DNA from: an uncultured Alphaproteobacteria bacterium
Lineage (GTDB): Bacteria; Pseudomonadota; Alphaproteobacteria; RF32; CAG-239
Assembly: GCA_934271715.1 (NCBI GenBank)
Contig: CAKQRZ010000001.1
Location: 18,819-82,818 of the forward strand
Length of the DNA stretch: 64,000 bases
Direction of reading: 5' to 3'
The position numbers were made by a program, and so were the translations under genes. Every line of letters starts with the position of its first letter. Position 1 is the stretch's first letter. This document shows positions 57,100-64,000 of the stretch, in pieces. A model generated the notes under the pieces. The model saw nothing but the letters and a program-made list of their open reading frames with translations. It had not been told where the DNA came from and did not search any database.

Positions 57100-60000
57100 T
57101 TATTTCACAACTATTGTGCCGGACGGTTTCTGCATGGCTCCCTCGGCTTCTTTCAGCAGACCGCCGGAAGTTTGAGCGCCGCTCTGAACCTTTTCTTCAT
57201 AAGATTTTTTTATGGTTCCGCTGACGCTGCCGCCGGATGTTTCTTCGGTAATTTTACGCAGAGTAGGGCGGTTATTCCCCTGCGGCTGGATTTTTACCGT
57301 TTGCTCCAGAGCGCCGTCGTCAATGTGGTTTTGCTTTACGTCCACAACCGGCAAAGCCTGCTCATTCGGCTGAGTTTCGGCAGCCGGAACCGGTGCTTGC
57401 GGATTATCTTTTGCTTTATCGGTATTTTCATCAGAATCCGGAAACTCGCCGTTTTCAAGCATTTCTTGTTCTTTTTGCTTTCTCTTTTTCTCTTCATAAA
57501 TTTTTTGCTGTTCGCTGATGATATCGTCAAGCAGAGCGGATGTTGATTTATAAAGGCCTTTCATGGTTTTATTATTGTCAGCATAAGCCTGCAGCAGCCG
57601 GCGCAGCTCGGCGGTTTTCTGCTCTAAAACCGGAATATTATCCTGCAGGGCTTTAGCTTCATCAATTTTTTGGCTGATAACGTCATACTGAGCATTTTGT
57701 GCGTCGTTCTGCTCGTTGAGGCTGGTTTGATAATTTTTTATATCTTCATTTTGCATCATGAATTGCGTGGCTTCAATTTTCAGCAGAGAATCAAATTTTT
57801 CCTGCAGCATTTTTTGATAGTCAGCAACCAGTTCGGCGCGTTTTTTATCATAATTTTCCACATCCTCGCCAATGCGGGCAAAACGGGCTGTTACATCTGT
57901 TTTATAATCGTTGTCTATATCATCCTGCCAGTTTTGCAGCTCTTGCTCAACTTCGGCGCAATATGTGTTTATGCCGCTGACATCATCCGCCGTAAAGTCC
58001 GGCAGGTGGGCTTTGCCTTTCATATTATCCAAAGTCTTGTTAATTTCGGCAATTCTATCCAGTTTTTGCTGATATTTGGCAGTATAAATCTCATCATCGC
58101 TGTTTTTCTGATGTTCTTCCAGCTGCGGAATATAGCCGTTAACCGAGGATGAAACCGAGGTTACATAGTTCTGCGCTTCCGCCATATTCTGGTTCAAAAT
58201 TCGGGTTTGCTCGGCTTTGCGGGCTTGTTCGGCAGCTTCTAGCTCTTCCCAATGCGCATCATATTTACGGGCGACGCTTTCAACATTGATATCCAACGCC
58301 GGTTTGTTGATTAAGCCGGATAGGCTGAATGTAAACGGCGGAATATTTTCCGGCTCCGACAATGTTACTGTAAAGTCGCTGTTCATTTTCCAATCAGAGA
58401 AGTTTACAAGACCGTTGACATCAAGCTGCGCGCTGTCATTCTGCATAACAAAATTTTCAAATTTCCAGCTGCCGCGTTCGGCATTGATTTTGCCTGAAAA
58501 TTCCGGAAATTTGGTTTCGCCGGACTGCAGGTTGTCGCGGATAACCTGAAACAGTCCTTTAGAATACTGGCGTTTGGCTAAATCTTCTTCAATAGCGGCA
58601 AAGTTAAAGCCGTAGACTTTAACATCATCTGCCTTAAAGCTGATGCTGCCGGTATAATTATTGACAAAGTCACTGACCGAAGCCGCCGGCATTTCAAAGT
58701 TGCCGGTTAAGGTCATGGTACCGGAGGCAAAGCCGTAAACGCTGCCGCCGGCATTGGCTAAATCTATATCGGACACCTGCAGGTTGCCTTTGACAATAGT
58801 GTCTTGAATGTAGTTAATCAGCAGATTGCCGTTGATTTTTTGATTATCCGCCGTCATGTTCAAATTATTCAGCTGCATGACGTTTTCGGAATTTAGGATT
58901 TTTACGCTCAAATCTTTAAAGGAATTGCCCTGATATGAAACTTTTGCCGCAGTTAAATTTATATCCAGATACAAATTGCGGTAAATATCAAAAATAAAGG
59001 TGTCGGCGTTCAGGTTAGGGCGCTGCAAAAAGTTATTTTCTTGCTGTCGGTTAATGGCCGGAACATTCTTAGAAGTTTGAATTTCCAGCAAGTTTTCCAG
59101 ATTTAAGTCATCGGCGCTTAGGTCTGCCGCTACTTTATAGGTATTTTTGCCGACCGTTACTTCGCCGCTGCCCTGATAGGTTACAATGCCCCACAGGCAG
59201 GAGGTTTGGTCAAACTTCCAGTTTTGGCTGTCTCCGCTTAAAAAGCCGTTGCAGTTGAGGGCACCGCGGGTGGCCGGAGTAAGCTTAAAACTGCCGCCGA
59301 CATTGTTGGCAAATTCGCCGAAGTTTGTAGTTTTAATATCTAATTTGCCGTCAAAGCCGAAATTTTCATCTTGCTTGACAAGTCCGTCGTATTCCAGCTT
59401 TACCTCATCGGCAATGCCTTTGGCTTTCAGCGTTCCCTCATGCAGATTGCCGTTATAGGTTCCGGAGGCTTCAAAATCGGCAGCCTTAAAAATTTTCCAA
59501 TCCGGCCACGGCAGTTTCAGCGAGTTTTTGACTTCGCTCATATTGGAAGAGCGGATATCAAAATTTAAATCCTTAAATCCGATATCCAAACTGCCTAAAT
59601 TGTTTACTTCAGTATTCAGCTTAAAATTGGTATTCAGCAGGTCTTCGCCGGAAAGTTCCGTAACATGCACAATTCCGTTTTTGGCTTCGGCCTTTAAAGT
59701 AACATTGTTAAGGCTGTTTTTGCGGAAAGTCAGGTTGTCGCTATGCAAATCGGCGTTGATGTTCAGCCACTTTAAAAAGCTCAGGCTTTGGATATCGCTT
59801 TTCAGATTGCCCATAAAGTTCTGTTCTTTTTCATTTTCCGGCAGATAGTTGTCCAAGTTCAGCTTGTCGCTGTTCAGATGCAGTTCATAAAAATTGCCTT
59901 TATCGTTAAAAGTGACACCGGCCACACCGCCGATATTCATTTTATCCATGGCAAATTTTATGTCGTTTACCGAAACTGCGTTGTTGTTGCCGCTCAGGTT

Positions 60001-61365
60001 GAATGAAGCCGCCGCATTGCGGTAGGTTGCCTGCGTGTAGGACTGCAGCTTAAGCCCTAAGCTGTTCAAAAACGGCAGAAAATCTTTGCTGTCTACCGAA
60101 ACTTTTACAAAATACTGCGGCGATTTTTTCTCTTCTACCAAGCTGCCTTCCATGGTTAAAACCGTGTTTCCGGCGCAGGCGGCATAAAATTCGTCCAGCG
60201 AAAGCGTGTTGTCTATCCAGCTGCCTTTCAGGCTGACGCTTTCCAAAGCGCCGGTGTCGCTGTTGTTTAACACCACGCGTTCCGAACTGATGTCGGCGTC
60301 TATATTGATATTCAGGTCAGGCTTATAAACGCTGCCTTTGGCTTTAAAGTTTTTGTATTCGGCTTTCAAAATAGAAAGCAGCGGGCGCAAATCCAGATTA
60401 ACCAGCTGATATTTCAGGCTGACGGTGCGGTTTTTGCCTTGTTCGGCATGCAATGGAATAACCATATTGCCCGAACCCTCCATTAAATTATCATATTTAA
60501 TGATAAAGCTGGAAAGTTTTATTTGCTTGTCGTCAGTTTCTATGCCGACGGAAAACTGCAGCGGAACATTATAAACATTGTCCAGAATCTGCATATCGGT
60601 CAAAACATTGGCAAAGTCGGCCGTCTGTTTGGAACCGCCGCTGAAATCGCCTTTATAATATTGCTCGTTCGGCATATACACGCCGTCAAAACGCAGAAAA
60701 CTTTCAGATTTCGGGTGGGTAATGGCAAAGTTTACCGGAACATCCGACAAACCGGAAAAGCTGCCCAGACTCAGCGCCAAGCCGAAATGGTCTTGATTTT
60801 TGATAAAGTTGCCGTCCAAACGATATGGTCCGGCCAAGGTTTCAGCCTGGATATCGGCATTAAACTGCGAAAGGTCAAATTTTATATTTTCCGTCGGATT
60901 TTCAAAGTGAACCAGCGCATTTTGAATATTCAGGCTCTGCAGGCGGGTGTTTTTATCCGAATCGCTGAAAGAAGTTTTGCTATAGTTTTTCCAGTTAACA
61001 GCTCCTTGGTCGTCCACATTTACCCAAACTTCGGCGCCGATAAGCGAAAGCGAGCGGATGTCCGGCGCGCCTTTCAGCAGCGACTGCAAAGAAACTTCGG
61101 TATTTAAATTGTCTATGGTTGCCAGCACCTCTGAAGAGCGGTTAGGGTTGATAATTTTGACATTTTTCGCGCTTAAAGTCGGCTGCGGCAGCAGCTCAAC
61201 GCTTATCGGACCGGAAAATTCAATTTTTTTGCCGGTGATTTCCGAAAATTTATCGGCAATTTCTTGGCGGTGCGTGTTCCAGTCCATCATTGAAACATAG
61301 GCTGTCAAACCGCCGCCAGCTACTAAGCAAATTCCCAAAAATATCAAAATTATTTTTTTAAACAA
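57100..61365 (-). CDS. AsmA/TamB-like giant envelope protein (1421 aa)
   Basis: N-terminal TM anchor (IILIFLGICLVAGGGLTAYV) followed by a long beta-rich body. The C-terminal third is a coiled-coil, Q/E-rich region. Confidence 0.5.
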   Translation of the reverse strand: MFKKIILIFLGICLVAGGGLTAYVSMMDWNTHRQEIADKFSEITGKKIEFSGPISVELLPQPTLSAKNVKIINPNRSSEVLATIDNLNTEVSLQSLLKGAPDIRSLSLIGAEVWVNVDDQGAVNWKNYSKTSFSDSDKNTRLQSLNIQNALVHFENPTENIKFDLSQFNADIQAETLAGPYRLDGNFIKNQDHFGLALSLGSFSGLSDVPVNFAITHPKSESFLRFDGVYMPNEQYYKGDFSGGSKQTADFANVLTDMQILDNVYNVPLQFSVGIETDDKQIKLSSFIIKYDNLMEGSGNMVIPLHAEQGKNRTVSLKYQLVNLDLRPLLSILKAEYKNFKAKGSVYKPDLNINIDADISSERVVLNNSDTGALESVSLKGSWIDNTLSLDEFYAACAGNTVLTMEGSLVEEKKSPQYFVKVSVDSKDFLPFLNSLGLKLQSYTQATYRNAAASFNLSGNNNAVSVNDIKFAMDKMNIGGVAGVTFNDKGNFYELHLNSDKLNLDNYLPENEKEQNFMGNLKSDIQSLSFLKWLNINADLHSDNLTFRKNSLNNVTLKAEAKNGIVHVTELSGEDLLNTNFKLNTEVNNLGSLDIGFKDLNFDIRSSNMSEVKNSLKLPWPDWKIFKAADFEASGTYNGNLHEGTLKAKGIADEVKLEYDGLVKQDENFGFDGKLDIKTTNFGEFANNVGGSFKLTPATRGALNCNGFLSGDSQNWKFDQTSCLWGIVTYQGSGEVTVGKNTYKVAADLSADDLNLENLLEIQTSKNVPAINRQQENNFLQRPNLNADTFIFDIYRNLYLDINLTAAKVSYQGNSFKDLSVKILNSENVMQLNNLNMTADNQKINGNLLINYIQDTIVKGNLQVSDIDLANAGGSVYGFASGTMTLTGNFEMPAASVSDFVNNYTGSISFKADDVKVYGFNFAAIEEDLAKRQYSKGLFQVIRDNLQSGETKFPEFSGKINAERGSWKFENFVMQNDSAQLDVNGLVNFSDWKMNSDFTVTLSEPENIPPFTFSLSGLINKPALDINVESVARKYDAHWEELEAAEQARKAEQTRILNQNMAEAQNYVTSVSSSVNGYIPQLEEHQKNSDDEIYTAKYQQKLDRIAEINKTLDNMKGKAHLPDFTADDVSGINTYCAEVEQELQNWQDDIDNDYKTDVTARFARIGEDVENYDKKRAELVADYQKMLQEKFDSLLKIEATQFMMQNEDIKNYQTSLNEQNDAQNAQYDVISQKIDEAKALQDNIPVLEQKTAELRRLLQAYADNNKTMKGLYKSTSALLDDIISEQQKIYEEKKRKQKEQEMLENGEFPDSDENTDKAKDNPQAPVPAAETQPNEQALPVVDVKQNHIDDGALEQTVKIQPQGNNRPTLRKITEETSGGSVSGTIKKSYEEKVQSGAQTSGGLLKEAEGAMQKPSGTIVVK

Positions 61366-61460
61366 CGTTTTTCTCCCACCGGATATAAAGATAAACTTGA
61401 CTTTTAGTGTATATTATCCCTACAATAAATCAATATTTTTTTATTATACGGGGTAAAACT

Positions 61461-61865
61461 ATGGAAAACACCAAAAAACTGTTAGAATCCGCGGCTTCCT
61501 GCCGCCTTAAGGCCTATGCGCCATATTCGCATTTTCTGGTCGGAGCGGCGATTTTAAGCGCTAACGGCAAAATTTTTTGCGGCTGCAATGTGGAAAATGC
61601 TTCTTATCCCTGCGGAACCTGCGCCGAAGCCGGTGCAATTTCTGCCATGGTTGCCGGTGGAGAAACTAAAATAAGCCGGATTTTGGTGATAGCCGACACA
61701 AAGCAGATTCTGCCTTGCGGCAACTGCCTGCAAAAAATTCTGGAGTTCGGCGATGAAAATACTTTAGTTATCAGCGCTGATTTATCCGGCATAGTTAAAA
61801 CCTACAAGCTTTATGAGCTTTTGCCGAATTTTTTCAAAGCTGGAGATATGAATAATGCTGAATAA
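61461..61865 (+). CDS. cdd: Cytidine deaminase
   Basis: Zinc-binding motif CAE...PCGTCAEAGAI..(PCGNC). Confidence 0.8.
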   Translation: MENTKKLLESAASCRLKAYAPYSHFLVGAAILSANGKIFCGCNVENASYPCGTCAEAGAISAMVAGGETKISRILVIADTKQILPCGNCLQKILEFGDENTLVISADLSGIVKTYKLYELLPNFFKAGDMNNAE

Positions 61866-62652
61866 CTCGTTAAATTATATAAAACAGCAGCTTAACGGGT
61901 TTATCCCAGATACTGCTTTAATTTTAGGCTCCGGACTGGACGGCGTCAGCCAAGCGATAGAAAATCCGCTGTATATAAATTATGCTGATATTCCGGATTT
62001 TCCACGGACGACGGTTGCCGGCCATAAAGGTCGTTTTGCCATCGGAAAAATCGGAAAACACCATGTTATTTGCATGGAGGGGCGTTTTCATTTGTATGAG
62101 GGAATCGCTCCGCAGCTGATTGATGAAGTTATTTCTCTGCTGGCGGCTTTGGAAGTTAAGCAGCTGATTATTACCAATGCCGCCGGTTCGCTGGATGTTA
62201 ATATGCCGGCGGGCAGCCTGATGCTGATAAAAGACCACATCAATTTCAGCGGGCGCAACCCGTTGACCGGACCGCATGAAGAACCGTATTTTCCGGATAT
62301 GAGCAATGCCTATGACGCCGAAACCCGTGAAATTATTAAAAATTTGGCGGCAGAACAGCAGACCGAGCTGTTTGAGGGCGTGTATCTGATTGCCATGGGA
62401 CCGAACTATGAAACTCCGAGCGAAGTTAAAATGTTTAGAATGTTCGGCGCTGATGCGGTCGGCATGTCTACGGTGCCGGAGGTTATATCGGCTGTGCATA
62501 AGGGCTTAAAGGTTTTGGCCTTTTCGGTTATTTCCAACTTGGGAACCGGACTTACCGCGGAAGTGCAAAATCATCAGGAAGTGCTGGCTCAGGTGGAAAA
62601 ATCATCGCAGAAGCTGGAAAAATTACTCAAAACTTATTTACAACAATATTAA
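61855..62652 (+). CDS. Purine nucleoside phosphorylase (PNP/MTAP family, inosine/guanosine type)
   Basis: GSGLDG...HKGRFAIGKIGKHHVICMEGRFHLYEG...MGPNYETPSE...GADAVGMSTVPE. Confidence 0.8.
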   Translation: MLNNSLNYIKQQLNGFIPDTALILGSGLDGVSQAIENPLYINYADIPDFPRTTVAGHKGRFAIGKIGKHHVICMEGRFHLYEGIAPQLIDEVISLLAALEVKQLIITNAAGSLDVNMPAGSLMLIKDHINFSGRNPLTGPHEEPYFPDMSNAYDAETREIIKNLAAEQQTELFEGVYLIAMGPNYETPSEVKMFRMFGADAVGMSTVPEVISAVHKGLKVLAFSVISNLGTGLTAEVQNHQEVLAQVEKSSQKLEKLLKTYLQQY

Positions 62653-62664
62653 GGAGATTGTCGC

Positions 62665-63975
62665 ATGATACCTCAGGAAATTATCCGCCGCAAGCGCAAT
62701 AAAGAAACTTTGGCACCGGAAGAAATCCGGAGCTTTATTAACGGCATGGCGCATAAAGAAGTGGCGGATATACAAGTTGCAGCGCTGACTATGGCGATTT
62801 TTTTGAACGGATTCAATGCCGCCGAAACTACGGCTTTGACTTTGGCTATGCGCGATTCCGGAGATATTCTGAACTGGGACGGCTACGACAAGCCGATAGT
62901 GGATAAGCATTCCAGCGGCGGCGTCGGCGACAAAGTGAGCCTTATGCTGGCTCCGCTTTTGGCGGTCTGCGATGTTTATGTGCCGATGATTGCCGGACGC
63001 GGCTTGGGGCATACTGGCGGCACGATTGATAAGCTGGAGGCGATTTCCGGCTATAATACTCAGGCGGATATAGATTTATTTAAAAAGACTGTAAAAAATG
63101 TGGGCTGCGCCATTATCGGGCAAACTGCAAATTTAGCTCCGGCCGATAAAAAAATTTACGCTATCCGCGATGTCTGCAGCACCGTGGAATCCATTCCTTT
63201 AATTACCGCTTCCATACTTTCTAAAAAACTGGCTGCCGGCTTGCAGTATCTGGTAATGGATTTAAAGTGCGGCAACGGTGCTTTTATGGGCAATTTTGAC
63301 GATGCAAAAGCGTTGGCGCAGTCTATTGTAGATGTGGCAAATCAGGCCGGTACCAAAACCCGCGCTGTTTTGACGGATATGAATCAGGTTTTGGGTTGGT
63401 CGGCGGGCAACGCGGTGGAAATCCGCGAAGCTTTGGATTATTTGAAAAATCAAAATATCAATATTCGTTTGGATATAATCACTAAAGAGCTGGGGGCGGA
63501 GCTGCTGCTGCAATGCGGGCGCTGCAAAACTTTTAACGAAGCTTTAGAACTGCTGAATAAAGCACAGGCTTCCGGCGCGGCTTTGGAAAAATTCGGACAG
63601 ATGGTTACAGCCTTGGGCGGTTCGCCGGAGTTTGCGGAAAATCCGGAAAAATATCTGCCGCAGGCAAAATATCAAAAGCCGGTATACGCCGAAACCGACG
63701 GCTATGTCTGCGGAATGGATACCCGTGCAGTCGGCGTCAGCATTATAAAGCTGCACGGCGGACGTACGGTTCCGGATCAAAAGCTGAATCTGGCTACCGG
63801 ATATACGGAATTTGCCCAAATCGGCGATGCAGCAGAGGCCGGACGCACTCCGCTGGCGGTTGTGCATTATGACGATGAAGCGGAGTATGAAGCCGCCAAG
63901 CAAGATTTGCTGGCCGCTATTGAAATCCGTGAGAAGCAGCCGCCGGTGCATAATCCGATTCTGATGAAAATCTAG
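62665..63975 (+). CDS. deoA: Thymidine / pyrimidine-nucleoside phosphorylase
   Basis: DKHSSGGVGDKVSLMLAPLLAVCDVYVPMIAGRGLGHTGGTIDKLE...SIPLITASILSKKLA. Confidence 0.85.
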   Translation: MIPQEIIRRKRNKETLAPEEIRSFINGMAHKEVADIQVAALTMAIFLNGFNAAETTALTLAMRDSGDILNWDGYDKPIVDKHSSGGVGDKVSLMLAPLLAVCDVYVPMIAGRGLGHTGGTIDKLEAISGYNTQADIDLFKKTVKNVGCAIIGQTANLAPADKKIYAIRDVCSTVESIPLITASILSKKLAAGLQYLVMDLKCGNGAFMGNFDDAKALAQSIVDVANQAGTKTRAVLTDMNQVLGWSAGNAVEIREALDYLKNQNINIRLDIITKELGAELLLQCGRCKTFNEALELLNKAQASGAALEKFGQMVTALGGSPEFAENPEKYLPQAKYQKPVYAETDGYVCGMDTRAVGVSIIKLHGGRTVPDQKLNLATGYTEFAQIGDAAEAGRTPLAVVHYDDEAEYEAAKQDLLAAIEIREKQPPVHNPILMKI

Positions 63976-64000
63976 CCTGCTCAGGTATGCACATAGTCGC

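Noticed and set aside
1-64000. Searched for integrase, transposase, reverse transcriptase (DGR) or invertase genes that could drive the pilin rearrangements.
   Set aside because: None recognised in this window. Any recombinase must be encoded elsewhere, or the switching relies on homologous recombination and slippage alone.

Overview
This is a chromosomal window from a Gram-negative (diderm) bacterium. The Gram-negative call rests on LolA, LolCDE, FadL, an AsmA/TamB-like giant protein and outer-membrane beta-barrel proteins; the lineage cannot be determined from sequence alone. Housekeeping genes are present: glyQS, rnhB, dnaK/dnaJ, polA, a PBP1A, argS, galU, a cdd-punA-deoA nucleoside-salvage cluster, two M3B oligoendopeptidase F paralogs, tRNA-Arg(CCT) and tRNA-Lys(CTT). 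Interspersed among them is a dispersed family of at least eight type IV pilin / pseudopilin-like genes. All share the mature N-terminus G|RSMIEMLGVLAIIGVLSVGGIAGYSKAME and have variable, Cys-containing C-termini. What stands out is how their 5' ends are built. Five copies carry a conserved module 'A'. It consists of a sigma70-like promoter (TTGAC(T/A)-N16-18-TAGAAT), an RBS, an ATG and three codons, then a (CT)7 dinucleotide tract, followed by roughly 135-150 codons of conserved reading frame that stays open into the prepilin cleavage site. The ATG is 2 nt out of frame with that pilin frame in every copy, so a 2-bp slip in the CT tract would fuse them. This is a classic simple-sequence-repeat phase-variation configuration, and all five copies are in the OFF state. 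Three genes (two pilins and one unrelated Cys-rich tandem-repeat secreted protein) carry an alternative module 'B'. It is a roughly 175-bp element bounded by perfect 21-bp inverted repeats, followed by an RBS, an ATG and a conserved 18-aa peptide MLKSIEFLRGKSRGRVGG that reads in frame into the cargo (the ON state). At two loci an A-module pilin and a B-module pilin sit head to head. At 26.2-27.2 kb they are separated by 128-bp inverted repeats that are 127/128 identical. That geometry allows inversion or gene conversion to swap pilin bodies between the phase-variable module and the constitutive module. Elsewhere the window holds a Panacea-domain (DUF4065) antitoxin-like gene with an unknown partner, a DinJ-YafQ toxin-antitoxin pair, a lone PilT-like ATPase, two tandem paralogs built from a novel roughly 28-aa repeat, and a LemA-DUF3137x2 cluster. 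No CRISPR array, integrase or transposase was seen.
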